A DNA stretch of 64,000 nucleotides from Scyliorhinus canicula (lineage: Eukaryota): positions 117,096,708-117,160,707 of the forward strand of contig NC_052160.1 of assembly GCF_902713615.1 (NCBI RefSeq), given 5' to 3'. The notes below the pieces were generated by a model. The model had not been told where the DNA came from, ran no database searches, and saw nothing but the letters and a program-made list of their open reading frames with translations. Made by a program: the position numbers and the translations under genes. Below are positions 1-12,630 of this stretch, piece by piece (the first letter of the stretch is position 1; every line of letters starts with the position of its first letter).

Positions 1-170
1 CGGGCCTCTGGCAATGGCCCCCCGGCGACGTGGCGTACTTCGCGGTCAAGCCGATTTCCGGGGCCTGGAGAATCGCTGGATCGGCGCCGGGCCCGATTAT
101 GGTGTGAAAGTGGATTCTCTGCCCCCACACCAGCCGCAATTTTGGTGCAGGGCTGCAGAGAATCCAGCCC
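1..170. mobile_element. Right end of a GC-rich TIR MITE (Harbinger-type), cut by the window edge
   Basis: Ends in GAGAATCCAGCCC, the terminal inverted repeat shared by the other MITEs here; GC content drops right after 170. Confidence 0.7.
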
Positions 171-679
171 CACGTGTATGTACTCCAATATTTGGAATGC
201 AGCATGGACCTTAATAACTATTACTTGTGGGAGTCATTAAGTGAATGTAAGATAAATGGAGGAAAAACACAACTGGATCTCATATCAATAACTATAATTA
301 GCGATATTTTATAACCAATTCTGTATATATAATATACGTACAGTAATGAAAGAGTATAAAATCCGATTAGTTTCCAATCTTGGCACAAATATTAGTCTCC
401 CGCTAGAGATGCAAAATGGATTGTGAAATGCTGAATTAATTTTTTTTGATGGGAAGACAGTTTTCCTCTGCCTTCCCAGCTCAGGCTATTATCATGTGGC
501 CCTATAGAAGGTCAGGAAGGCCTTGGGTTCAAAATGCACACGTGCCTTTTCTGAAGCCAGGGCCACATTGTGAGGAGCACAGGAAAATTGCATTTCCTCC
601 TGCACACTATTTTTGTCTGCTGGTGTGGGTTATGGAAAGCCTAAAAAAAACACGTTTTAGGGTTTGTGACCTCTGGAGG

Positions 680-1772
680 CAGAATGTGTTCAAGTAACAC
701 TATTTTCTGGTGAAATGTCATGTGACATGTCGTGGAGAGTTTGGCGAGTTCATCGCAGTAATCTGTGGGAGTAATATCTCTCAATAAACTCTGCCTTATG
801 TTTTTACAAACTTAGAGCACGGCACCTCTACTTGTTTCGTCTTTGCGGACTGACAAGATTTGTGCCAGAAAACTGGCGACGAGAATTCAAGCCATAAGCA
901 AACATCGACAAAGATTTTGGGCCAGAAGAAGACCATCGTTGAGACTCTGGCTGTAAATCAGTAAGGAGTTTGTGGCAAATACAGTCAACGAGTAAATTGA
1001 TCGACCGTAGCTGCTGCTAGTGCGAAATGAGAGTTTCAAAAATAAATCTGGGCACAACTTTAAACAAAGAATCAAAGTTTCAGGCATAGTTGCTGTTTGC
1101 AGTGGGCAGAAATTGCAGAGACCACACATATGGCACTGTAAACAGGCTGCGGGAATGGGAACCTAGAAGGCTGCCAACTCTGCAACCGACTTCTCGGGAA
1201 CCAATAGTCCAGGCAAGGGAAGAACTACTTTGCATGTGGGTTTGGAGATTGCTTGCTTTGGTAAACAAAATGGAAGGGCGAAAGGCTGGAGAAGTGCAGC
1301 ACAGAGAACCAAGATCCGAAAAATGACAGGAAAAAAATGGCACCATAGATTTGACCAGGTTTGACCGGGATTACAAGACATGGAATTCTTATGAAAAAAG
1401 GTTCCAATTGATTTTTGTAGCAATCTGGAAAACCAACAAACTGTGACTCTTCTCAGCTCAGTTGGGTGAAAAACATTCAAGTTGTTACAAAATCTAGTCC
1501 ACCCAGCTAACCCAGGAGAAAAGACCTACAAAGAGTTCATGACAATCTTGGAAGGACATTTCTCTCCCCGTCCAGCTCAAAATGGCCAGAAGTCACAATC
1601 ATGAAGACAACAGCCACTGAACAAACATGTATATCTGTATAAATAACATAATGGTGCAATGTAATGAATATTGTGTTGGATCTGTTAAAATGTTTAAAAG
1701 GAACGCCATTGACATTAAGAGAGTGAACGGGGGGGGGGGGGGGGGGGGATGTTATGTATTCAAGTAACACTA
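680..1772 (+). mobile_element. Internally deleted Gypsy LTR retrotransposon remnant (5' LTR ~680-872, PBS 874-883, gag fragment ~1337-1576, PPT ~1719-1749, 3' LTR stub 1750-1772)
   Basis: AATAAA in the LTR; PBS TGGCGACGAG; decayed translation WNSYEKRFQ...KTFKLLQNLVHPANPGEKTYKEFMTILEGHFSPRP resembles the gag N-terminus at 42.4-42.66 kb; poly-G PPT followed by TGTTATGTATTCAAGTAACACTA, which matches 684-702 at 18/19. Confidence 0.75.
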
Positions 1773-3050
1773 GAGGTTAGAATATGGGGTCTTCACGTGG
1801 CCAATCACTGGTCACAAGTGTGCAGAGCTAACACAGCTAGATAGGATGGCAGAGGTGCCAGCCCATGGGAGGACAGGGCCACATGCTACCTCTATTTCAA
1901 AAAACCCAAGTGCTCACGTTGAGGATGCAGGCAGGTGAAGAAGGTTGATGGGAATACACCAGGAGATGCTGTCACCCTTGACAACCTAATAGTGAGTTTG
2001 TTAAAAGCATGGATGAGACCAGCTCCGATTAATTTTGGCATTTTCTGCAAAGCATGGAGAACATTCTGGTCATGAACACAACAGTGATGCCCACCATACT
2101 GATGCCACTTCTGAAGCTCTGGCAGCTTTCATTTGTCAGCTCCTTCCTTTGTTATTTATTGCAGAAAACACGTCAGAATGGTGATTTATAGAGAACCAAC
2201 CTCATGCTTTGACATTAATAAGAATTGCTCTCGCCAAGGCCATTTACAACTTATGTAGTTTATTTCCTGTAATCCAGTCCTTATCGTTTGCCTCACTGTG
2301 TATGTTATTTACACTGCATGTGGACAAAACCTATGTTTCAGCCATCGCTGAATTGAGTTATTCTGCTTTGTGATGTCAGCAAAATGAAATCACCATCACA
2401 CCAGTTTAGGTTGTAACATTATTAAAATTACTTAACTTGAAGAATTTGAGATACTTTTATGTAATTGCTTTGGTTTGATAATAAATTAATATCATACTTA
2501 TTTGGCTTTGGTTGTGTTGTCAGCCTTAATATTTTAACTCTACTTGAACATTACCCATCCTCATTTTCTGTCAAAGCCGACTATTTAATATAACACGCTG
2601 CCTAGCTCATGACATCAAATTTGCTGCTCTACCTATTTCAAACATAATACCACAAATTCTGACATTTGAAAGTTCATAACTGTGTGAAATTAGTTTTGAG
2701 CTTTGTTTCGTCTCTGATTGGCTCATAATAGAGTGCAAACGTGAACTTAAAAGAGCTGCAGCAGCCGACAATCGTGTCGATGCAAGGCAAGAACAGGACT
2801 GGACAAATTATTCAAGCATCGGGGTGATGGTGAATTTGCGGCTAGTTGTGTTATAATGGTGATTTGAAAAGCAATTTGGTCCTGGTCATATTTTTAAAGT
2901 ATAATTTGGTTTGAGGCATTCTGGTTATAAAAATAGTATTAAAATACACCAGGGTGTATTTATCGACAGCACGTAGGTTGGACAAGTCAAATTTGGCAGA
3001 GTTGTCCTCTTCGGAGAGAATCTCACAAAATGACAGGTCCCATTAAGTGT

Positions 3051-3393
3051 ACATAGAACATAGAACAGTACAGCACAGAACAGGCCCTTCGGCCCTCAAT
3101 GTTGTGCCGAGCCATGATCACCCTACTCAAATCCACCCTATACCCGTAACCCAACAACCCCCCCCCCCCTTAACCTTACATTTATTAGGACACTACGGGC
3201 AATTTAGCATGGCCAATCCACCTAACCCGCACATCTTTGGACTGTGGGAGGAAACCGGAGCACCCGGAGGAAACCCACGCACACAGGGGGAGGACGTGCA
3301 GACTCCACACAGACAGTGACCCAGCCGAGAATCGAACCTGGGACCCTGGAGCTGTGAAGCATTTATGCTAACCACCATGCTACCCTGCTGCCC
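3051..3393 (-). mobile_element. V-SINE (HE1-like), young subfamily
   Basis: tRNA-like head with B box GGTTCGATTC, V-domain GGGTTTCCTCCGGGTGCTCCGGTTTCCTCCCACAGTCCAAAGA, (TGTTCTA)n tail; near-identical to the copies at 5926 and 26618. Confidence 0.92.
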
Positions 3394-4484
3394 TGACTTG
3401 CAAAAATTCTCCTTTAGCCTACACAAAAAGCCAGGCAGGAAATTCCTTACATTTACAGGTGACGGCATCTGGATTTGTGGAATGCGGGTAGAATGATGAA
3501 GCTTTCGATCATGTAATGGTTACTTCTCACAATGCTGCGTCTTCCAGATGTTTACACCTCAGCTTTGGCTGTCTTGAAATAAGCTTCACCATTCACAAGT
3601 GTTTGTCTTTTCAGCAATCAAGTGTAGGACTGGTAGCTAATGGAATTCCCCTTTTGCAGGTCACTAGAAGTGAACCATGAATGAAGCTGATTGCTTCTTC
3701 ACAGCAGCATAAACCAATATTGAAGTTCTTTACCAGTATCTTCTTATTTTAGTGTAATCAATCAAAGTTTGTAACTCTATGGCACTTGAAGTATGAAGTG
3801 CATGTTAAAAAGATGCAACGAACCCTACCAGCCATCGCAGAAGGCTATTCATTCCAGACATTCTTAGTCAGGGCCTCCCTCTCTGCAAGCCAACTGCAGT
3901 CCCAAAGGCAGAAAACGGCTTAGATGAATCTGAATGTACTAATGAATTCACAATACATCTAATGGGGAGAATGTTAAATATACTAATACCCATTTTTACT
4001 CTTCAATTTCGCAACCTTATCCCTAATCAGTTCACAGGCCTATTTGGGAACAACCAAGTATAAATTGCCTTTTATTTCAATGATTGTATTTTTAAGGTCC
4101 TCCCCACCTGACTGACAGAGGTTTCAATGTGATATAATTTTAATAATGCAAAAAGTACTTTGGTTGTTTGAAATAATGAGAAGTTGGGTCTAAAGGCAGA
4201 AAGGGGTATCAAACATGATTTGGCAATCAAAATATACATGTTGAGGATGGCGCAGCAGTACAACTATGTAACCTAGTGGCATTGGATGATCAAGGGAATG
4301 TTCATCCAGCTGGTATTCACCATCGTCCCCTGTCCCCCCCCCAGCACCACCACCCCCCCCCTCCCCGCCACCATGGTCAACACCTGCACCAATTCTCGAC
4401 TATGTGAATCTCGGCCCACAGGACCAAAGAATTATGTGAAGAATATAGCGCTCGGCCCATTAATAGGATGCAAATAAGTCTTAA

Positions 4485-4707
4485 AAATTTTTTTTTAGAG
4501 TCCCCAATTAATTTTTTTCCAATTGAGGGGCAATTTAGCATGGCCAATCCACCGTACCTGCACATTTTTGGGTTGTGGAGGTGAAACCCATGCGGACATG
4601 GGGAGAATGTGCAAACACCACATGGAACAGTGACCCAGGGCCGGTATTTGAACCCGGGTCCTCGGCGCCGTAGTCCCAGTGCTAACCACTGCGTCACCGT
4701 GCTGCCC
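4485..4707 (-). mobile_element. V-SINE, short-tail subfamily with ~16-bp TSD
   Basis: V-domain plus A/T-rich tail; flanked by TGCAAATAAGTCTTAA (4469-4484) and TGCAAATGGGTCTTAA (4708-4723). Confidence 0.88.
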
Positions 4708-4724
4708 TGCAAATGGGTCTTAAT

Positions 4725-5860
4725 AACCTACTTGCTGGTGCTTTATGGAGGCACATTCCTGCTGCTCATCTTCTCTTCCTTCCTTGCTCTGTGGCCCACT
4801 CCCCTGCTCCTCCTCAAAATTCACATCAAGCCCCATTGTGATATTACTTTAAAAACATGGGAACTACTTCATCAACACTTTAGGCTATCCTCTCCTTCCC
4901 TAATGGCCCACCAGTCCTTCCCAAATGGGCCTTATGTGCATTAACCACTTGTTTTTGCCCTCCATGCTCGACTCGGTGTTTGCCCTGTGGAATGAGGAAG
5001 GGGCTCACATGGTTTGCCGCCCTGTTTGTAGATGTGAACTTTGCCAGTTTCAGCAAGTTGATGGACAAACTTAATTTACCTACATCTAGTCTATCGCCAT
5101 TTTCAAGTCAGAGGTTTCGTCCCCTCGCACTTCCCATCCGTGCCTCAACCACCCACAGGTACATTACGGGAGAGGATTCTGTACATGCACCAAATCAGTA
5201 GTGGTTCTATCTCAAAGTTGGATGATCTCATGATAGCTTCCGGGCCCATTCCTCTCCATAAGGTAAGAGGGGACTGGGAAGCTGAGCTTGGGCTCTGCCT
5301 CATGGATGATGGCTGGAGGAGGCCCTATCTGGGGTCAACTCCATGTCCTCCTCTGCACATTTAAGCTTAATTAAATTTAAAGTTCTGCGCAGAATTCACT
5401 TCACTAAGGACTGAATTAGCGGGTTGCCCCCAGTACAAATAACAAATGCAACAGATGCTCGCTTGCCCCTGCTGATCACCCCACAAGTTCTGGTCCAGTC
5501 CAAAGTTGTTCAACTTCTGATCATCTTTTTTCGATGCTCCTTCCAATATCCTGGATACTGACTTAAAGCCATGTACTTTAACATCCACATTTGGAATGTC
5601 ACCTACACGACCAGTCTCACTGAGATTGAAGCAGACGTTATCGCATTTGGTTCATTCGTAGCTCGCAGGCGGATTTTATTAACCTGGAAATCCCCCAAGC
5701 CACCCAGTGCTCTATCCTGGTTAGAACACTCGGTGACCTTTTGATATCTGGGGAGGATTAAATATGTCATGAGAGGTTTAATTGAGAATTGTTTTCATAG
5801 ATGGCAATCAATTGTCTCTTTCTGCAAAGAATTGATTGCAATCGACTGTTAAATTTACTA
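4725..5860 (+). pseudogene. L1-clade LINE ORF2 C-terminal fragment (decayed)
   Basis: Broken translation NHLFLPSMLDSVFALWNEEG..., LFVDVNFASFSKLMDKLNLP, FKVLRRIHFT...CNRC...DHPHKFWSSPKL, ARRRILLTWKSPKPP is typical of the fish-type L1 ORF2 zf-RVT/C-terminal region; many stops and frameshifts. Confidence 0.8.
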
Positions 5861-5925
5861 TTTTCTTTTTGTATAATTTGTGTGTTGCATATTTTGGAGG
5901 CAGGGAGCTGAATTTATGTCTATGT

Positions 5926-6280
5926 ACATAGAATAGAACAGTACAGCACAGAACAGGCCCTTCGGCCCTCAATGTTGTGCCAAGCCATGATCACCCTACT
6001 CAAACCCACGTATCCACCCTATACCCGTAACCCAACAACCCCCCCTTAACATTACTTTTTAGGACACTACGGGCAATTTAGCATGGCCAATCCACCTAAC
6101 CCGCACATCTTTGGACTGTGGGAGGAAACCGGAGCACCCGGAGGAAACCCACGCACACACGGGGAGGACGTGCAGACTCCACACAGACAGTGACCCAGCC
6201 GGGAATCGAACCTGGGACCCTGGAGCTGTGAAGCATTTATGCTAACCACCATGCTACCCTGCTGCCACCATGCTACCCTG
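5926..6280 (-). mobile_element. V-SINE (HE1-like), young subfamily, with short 5' head duplication
   Basis: Near-identical to 3051-3393; ACCATGCTACCCTG is repeated at the 5' end. Confidence 0.92.
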
Positions 6281-6339
6281 TATTGTCTCTGTTTCCCTGC
6301 TCCCTTGACCACTTGAAAATCAATAAAAAGGTATTTTTA

Positions 6340-7143
6340 AAAAATGACTACCTGCTGAGGTTGTCTCTGTGACGCTGGATGGTGCAGGTGTAATCAGTGG
6401 CGAGATGTTGGTGTCTTCTTCAGAGTGGTTTTCCAGGTGTTCTGAAGGTCTGGATGAGGTGCTGTGAGATCTTGTTAAGGACTGATCTGTGGGAGAGGGG
6501 TGACACATTGCATTGGACTCTCACTATTTTGGCTCATGCCGAACTCCATTGCACTAACTGCCCTTTCCTCAATTTCCCCTGCGAGTTGCAGGGCCCTTTC
6601 CTCTGAAACCACGAGGACCTGAATGTCTGGGATGCCCCCTCCCGTCTTTTAGAGCTCATAGCAATTATCGGCCACTTTATCCTTGGGAACAGAGAAAGGA
6701 CATCGTGAGATGCTGGGATGCGAGTTTTAGGTGGTTTTGTAGCAGGTGGCATGTGTGTGCAAGGCTCCTGGCCAAAGAGGACAATACATGTGTTGGAGTT
6801 TTGTGGAGGGTGGGTTGTATGAGAGATGCAGGCAGGTGGGGTGTTGTTGGCTTCTAGGGGATTGGGGACAGATGTGAGGAGTGAGAGACAGAGTGATGCC
6901 AGAGGCACGTGGTGGTTACTCATCTGAACTGCTGTAAGGTGGTCGTATATTTTCTTACGGCACTACGTGCTGGTCCTTTTGGTGAAACTGGCAGCACTCA
7001 CAGCCTCTGCCACCTCATCCCAGGTCTTTTCCAGAATGGCGGGCCTGAGTCCCTGCCCCACCCTGTGAAGGAGGGTGTCCCTCCTCTCATCAATGGCGTC
7101 CAGCATTTGGTCAATCTCCAACTCCAGGTCTTTCAGCAGCCAT
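6340..7143 (-). pseudogene. PIF/Harbinger Myb/SANT-like partner gene remnant (exon 1 ~6922-7143, exon 2 ending ~6681)
   Basis: Minus strand reads MLDAIDERRDTL...KTWDEVAEAVSAASFTKRTST*CRKKIYD, then an intron, then DKVADNCYEL*KTGG...SEERALQLAG; contains stops. Confidence 0.75.
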
Positions 7144-7424
7144 CAGAGCAGGTCTTTCATCAGCCATCGCCTTGGCTGGATTGATAGCCTGTGGTGAGTG
7201 GAGCACTTAAAAGCTGGTCCTCTTTTCTAGGCTCTCAACGAGAATCCGAGCCCCAGCAAATCAGATGCCAATGGAGCCAGGAAGCATTTGGGCTGCATAT
7301 GGGCAACATGTGGCCCAATTGTATGACCTGTATTTCTTCTGGCCGGCACTCCTAATGGGAGCACCCAGTTTTTGTGATTCTACACTGGCCGCAGCACATA
7401 GTCTCCAGAAAGGAGAACGCAGAC

Positions 7425-7910
7425 CAATAGAAAATAAGGGATAAAACTCCAAAGGATTTGCAGGAGCAGAGGGACCTGGGTCTATTTGTACACAAGTCAT
7501 TAAAGAGAGGAGGAGGCTAAGAGGAGATTTGATCAAGATGTTCTAAATCATGATGGGACTTGTCAGAGCAGATAGGGAGAAATTGTTCCAACTCATAAAA
7601 GGATCAAGAACGAGAGGGCACAGTTTTAAAGTGATTGGCAAAAAAAGCAAACATGATGTGAGAAAAAGCTTCTTTACACAATGAATGCTTCAGATCTGGA
7701 ATGCACTGCCTGAGACTATGGTGGAGGCAGGTTCAATGGAGATGTTAAAGAGGGCATTAGTTGGCTATTTGAATAGAAACAATGTGCAGGGTTATGGAGA
7801 AAGGACAGGAGGGAATGGCACTAAGTCATGATACTTATTTGGAGAGCCCTTGTATACACGGTGGGCCAAATCATCTCCTTCTGCACCGTAACAATTCTAT
7901 GATTCTGAAA
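7425..7910 (+). mobile_element. CR1-type LINE 3' fragment
   Basis: GAGAGGAGGAGGCTAAGAGGAGATTTGATC, TGGAATGCACTGCCTG and tail CTCCTTCTGCACCGTAACAATTCTATGATTC. Confidence 0.8.
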
Positions 7911-8026
7911 GCTTATGTTACAGCCAGTGATTGCAAATTAATTCAGAATATAATTCTGAGCAAAATAACAGTTCTTTACCTTTCACCAGGAAATAATGAA
8001 AGTTTGTGATTAACAACAAAGTTGAG

Positions 8027-8793
8027 GGGCGCAATCCTCCCAAAGGGAGACAAAGTGCCGATGCCGGAGAGTGAAAACCCGAGTGTTTGACTCCGGCGCC
8101 AGAGGCCGCTCCTCGCCCCCTATTCTCCCACCCCCAGGGGGCTAGGAGCTGCGGCACGTCAATTTTGCGTGCCGGGCCTTGGCGCCCCCGTTAAAGCAGC
8201 GGCGCCTGAATGACGTAGCCGGCGGCGCCTAAATGACGTCACCCTCACATGCGCAGGTTGGCCGGCGCCAACCCGCGCATGCGCAGTTGCCGTCCTCCCC
8301 GTGGGCGCCCCACAAGAATGGAGCATTGATCTTGCAGGCCGGCGGAGGGAAAAGAGTGCGTCTTTTAGAGATGCCGGCCCGACGATCGGTGGGCACCGAT
8401 CGCGGGCCAGACCCCCCCTGAGCACCGCCCCAAAGGCACCATCCTCCCGCCTCCCCCCCCCCCCCCCCCCCAAGGCCCCACACGCAGTGGTCGCGCGCTG
8501 TTCACGCTGGCAGCGACCAGGTGTGGTTGGCGCTGGCGTGAATCGGTTGATTGGGCAGGCCGCTCGGCCCATTCGGGCCGGAGATTCTCCAAGCGGCATG
8601 TCGTAAAACACGACACGTCGCTTTGGGGGGTGTGGGGGGGGGGGGGGGGGGGGGGCTGTGGGGGGAGTGGTTGGGGGGGGGTGGGGGGGGGGGTTTGGGG
8701 AGAATCGCATGCGGGTACCAGGTCGGCATGGTGTGAATCGCCCGGCACTCCCGCGATTCTCCCACCCGGTGTGGGCGTCGGAGAATCGCGTCC
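8027..8793. mobile_element. GC-rich Harbinger-type MITE
   Basis: Imperfect TIRs GGGCGCAATCCTCC / GGAGAATCGCGTCC; 3-bp TSD GAG (8024-8026, 8794-8796). Confidence 0.85.
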
Positions 8794-9537
8794 GAGGTGT
8801 CTTGCTGCAGCCTGAACCTTCTTGACAGAGCTTGTTCCAGTCACCTACTTAGAACTTAACTGGAAGCTGCAATAGAAATTGGCTCCATAAATGTTGGCTC
8901 TTTAAATTGATGTTATATTAGGGAGTTATCCCGAGACGCCCTGAAAAAGCTGATCCAAAAACGAATTTACACAGCAGCATGTTTGTGTACAGTCATATCT
9001 TGGAACTGGTTTATAAGTCTGGCTGCAGTACTGTGCACTGCTCTGCTATGGTTTACATGCAGTTGCTTTCGGATAGGAAATGATCCCAACAACTCTGAGT
9101 GCAGTGTCCCAAAATCAGAAATTAATGCTGCCTCTCCAATTCTATCTGTTGACATGTTTCTTCCTCTTCTTTCTCCAAGGCCTGCAAGTCTGCCCTTTAA
9201 GGCTCTCCTTGGTTCTACACAGCTCAGCACATTCAAAAGTTTACCGATAAAAACATAAATAAGTGCTGAACATTTTATAAAAGATGGGCAGGTTTTCACT
9301 CGTTGTTTTCAGTGAAAAAGACCAGAGTAATACATCAAACATAAGAAAAATAACAACAGTGAACATTTTATAACACAGACTGGCTTAAGTGATAGGTCAC
9401 CCCTATACTTACATGACTAATGACAGGAAGTGGGTGTCCATTTGGTTAGGTAGCATCAAGCAGTGCAATAATTCCCCCGGCAGCTCAGGTATATACCGGT
9501 GAGGGGCATAGAGGATTCAATAGGTGGGATAGACAAG

Positions 9538-10132
9538 GAGCGGGATTCTCCGGTCCCCGAAATCGCGTTCGGCGATTGGCCGGAGAATCCACATTCCCGA
9601 ACAAATCGGGAACGGCACCACTTTCATGATTCTCCGCCCCCCCCCCCCCCCAAAGCGGTGTACTTTAGGAGTATGCCATGCCACGTATCAACGGCCTAGG
9701 ATGTTGCCTGAGGCCCGACCCCGATTCTCCGCACCTGACCGGCCGAGTTCCCGGCGGCGTGGGTCTCTCATGGTCTTACCCGTCGGGAACTCGGCTTTGC
9801 AGCTGCGGACTCAGTTCAGCGTCGCCACAGTCAAGGGAGGGCCAATCCACGGGCAGGGAGGTCATTATTCGGGATTGGGGACACTGTCGGGGGGTGGTCC
9901 GGGGCGCGCTAGCCGGCCAAAGGGAGGATATTTCATTGCACATGCGCGATCACAAAACCGGCAATTCGTCGGAGCGTATCGTCAGCTGGAACGGGTGCTC
10001 TATGCTGCTGTCCTGCTAGCCTCCAGCAAAACGGGGAATCGGTGGCCATTTTGCACCATTTTGTCTGGCATTAAACACCACTGTTCCCACGCCAGTGTGG
10101 GGACATAGCTGCAGAATCAGAGAATCCAGCTC
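9538..10132. mobile_element. GC-rich Harbinger-type MITE
   Basis: TIRs GAGCGGGATTCTC / GAGAATCCAGCTC; internal repeats of the GATTCTCC motif. Confidence 0.75.
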
Positions 10133-10229
10133 CTACTCTGCAACTGAAGACCCCCTATCGTGCATGGTTTGTTACCTCCCTGGTGCCAGGGTAAAGGGAA
10201 TCACTGAATGGATGCAGAGCATTTTGCAT

Positions 10230-11525
10230 GGGCAAGAGGAACAACCCAGGTATCACATAATAGACTCATGAGCAAAATTGAAGCCCATAGGATGAAAGGA
10301 GCTTTGGTGGCTTGGAACCCAATTGGTTAATGGACAGAAAGCAAGTCACAACAATGGGCAGTTGTTTTGCAGTCAGGAGGGAAATATGCAGTGGTGTGCC
10401 CCCAGGAGGCGGTGCTGAGGTCATTGCTCTATTTGATGTCTGTTGATTATGAGGGTTACAGACCTTGATGGCAGATCTTCTGGTAGGAGTAGTTGCAAGC
10501 AGGGCAGGTCAGGACAGGATGATCTGTGCTTGGGTATACAGGGCAAATTTACGAAGGCTGCTGATGGCACAAAACTTAGAAATATAGTGAATAGTGAGGA
10601 CAACAGCAACAAAATGGTGCAATTTTAAAGGGCAGGTGGGGGGAGGTGGTGGCAGTGCAGGGAAAAAGTATTCTGACAGCATTCTTGCACAAATCTTTGA
10701 AGGTGGAAGGACAAATTGAGAAGGCTGTTGGAAAGACACACAGGTTTCTTGCCTTTAGAAATAAGTAAGTAAAGTCACCATAGTCCAATAGGCTGCTTTC
10801 CCCTTTGAAGGAGAGATCTGACTGGTGGTGATCTAACCTGAAGGTCACCACACCTCAGGCAAGGGGCACGGTTGAGAAGGCGGACCCTCCATGTGTCACC
10901 TCAGCCGGGACAGGAATTTAACCCATGCTGTTGGCCTTGCTCTCTATCATAAACTAGCCGCCTAGCCAAATGAGCTAAACCAAACCCCATGAAATGAAGG
11001 TACAGAGTGTAAAAGCAAGGACATTATGCTTTACCTCCGTGGTTAGGCCTCAGCTGGTGCATTCTGACCATTTGTGGAGGCCATATATTTGGAAGGATAT
11101 CAAGGTATTCTCTTATGAGGTAAAACTAGAGAATCTGGAGCTGTTCTCCTTTAAGCACAAGAGTTTAAGGGGAGGTTTGATTGAGGTGTCAAAATATGTT
11201 TCGAAGAGTAAAAATTGAGAAATTGTTTCCAGTGGCAGAAAGGCTGGTAACCAGAGGAAAAAGACTTGAATTACTTGGCAGGAGAACCAGTAGCTACATG
11301 AGGAAAATACTTTTTATGCAACCAATTGCTATGATCTGGAAACACTGGAAGAAGATTCAAAAATAATTTTTAAAAGGGAATTGGATAATTCCCTGAAGGG
11401 AGAAAATTGCAGGGCTTTAGCTGACCAAAGGAGTGGGAATAATTAGATTGATCTTTGAAAGAGCCAACACTTGCATAAGTGGATGAATGGCCTCCTTCAA
11501 TATTGTATCATTCTATGATTCAATG
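10230..11525 (+). mobile_element. Decayed CR1-type LINE (RT to 3' end), interrupted by a SINE
   Basis: Remnants of SGVPQ, KAADGTKL, VRPQL..., RGGLIEV and a CR1 tail ATGGCCTCCTTC...ATTCTATGATTC. Confidence 0.75.
10763..10988 (-). mobile_element. tRNA-derived SINE (non-V family) inserted in CR1
   Basis: Minus strand starts GGTTTAGCTCATTTGG (A-box-like), has GGGTTAAATTCC (B-box-like) and ends GACTATGGTGACTTTACTTACTT. Confidence 0.7.
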
Positions 11526-12231
11526 AAAGATTAACATGTTGACCTTTGTTCAGACACAGGAATTGTATTGCAGGGAAAATACCTCATTATTATTGGAATC
11601 AGGCCTATCTTAAGCCTTTTCGTAGCACTTACATGGCCATAAGTACTTCCAGGACACAGGTATAAGCACAATGCATGGAGAGAGCAGAATGGACCACATA
11701 CCTCTGCGGCCAATAAAATGGGGCTTCCCTGCTGAAGTGCAGCAGCAATATAGGTGCCTCTCACTGTGCGATCAATTGCTATATATGATACAGTGCATAT
11801 TTTCAGATCATTTTTTATCTTAACAAGAATTGTTGGAGGAGAAATAATCATTGACACAATGGGAGTCAAATTACTCTGCGTGTTTGAGCTAACACACACA
11901 CAGTAAGTGTGTGGTACAGTATAGTAATTTGATGCATCAGCATTAATAGAGCATGAGTTCACTTTTACCCACAATCCTAAAATTTCTTCCACTGGCAAAG
12001 AGATTTAACACAGAGTTTTGTTAAAATGCTGTGCAGTATTTATTTAGGAGGCTGGAAGCAAAAAATGGATTAACGTCTATTTTACCTCCGGAATCATTGA
12101 GGTCTGTCTCATAGTTCTGTAGTTACCTCGGTGAACTGCTGGCCAGGAGAGCATCAGAATAGTCTGAACAGGACGTGAGAAGTCGAGCTTGAGGTAACAT
12201 CTGAACTGAGGTACAAGCAGAGTCACACAGT

Positions 12232-12630
12232 GGGCGCAATTCTCGCAACGAATTTCTGAGTGTGGACTCAAACAGGGAACATGACACGATCCAGATTGCG
12301 GTACACCCATACTTTGAAATATTTTTGTACTGGGGTGAATTTTGCACTGGCACTGAGAGGGGTGGGGCCTAAACATGCCGGCAAGTCCGGCTTCACAGAC
12401 ATCGGGGTGCCCTTAAAGCAGCAGTAAAGGCCGCCACCACAATCGCCAGAATCAGAGTCTCAGTGTTCTCCCCCACCACCATCCTCGTTGACATCAATCC
12501 CACCCCGCTCCCCTGACCAGGATCACTGGCATTGGGACCATCCCAAATACGTCTTCCATCGGACCATGACCTCTTCTCACTTGCAAGGACTGCCTCCTTC
12601 TCACTGGCATCAGCACACCCGCCCATTGTC
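12232..12630. mobile_element. Decayed Harbinger-type non-autonomous element fragment
   Basis: Starts GGGCGCAATTCTC (TIR-like) and is GC-elevated; right end not identified. Confidence 0.4.

Noticed and set aside
11531-11998. 155-aa minus-strand ORF (likewise 44575-45018 and 8967-9299)
   Set aside because: No recognisable homology or coding-like composition; consistent with chance ORFs.
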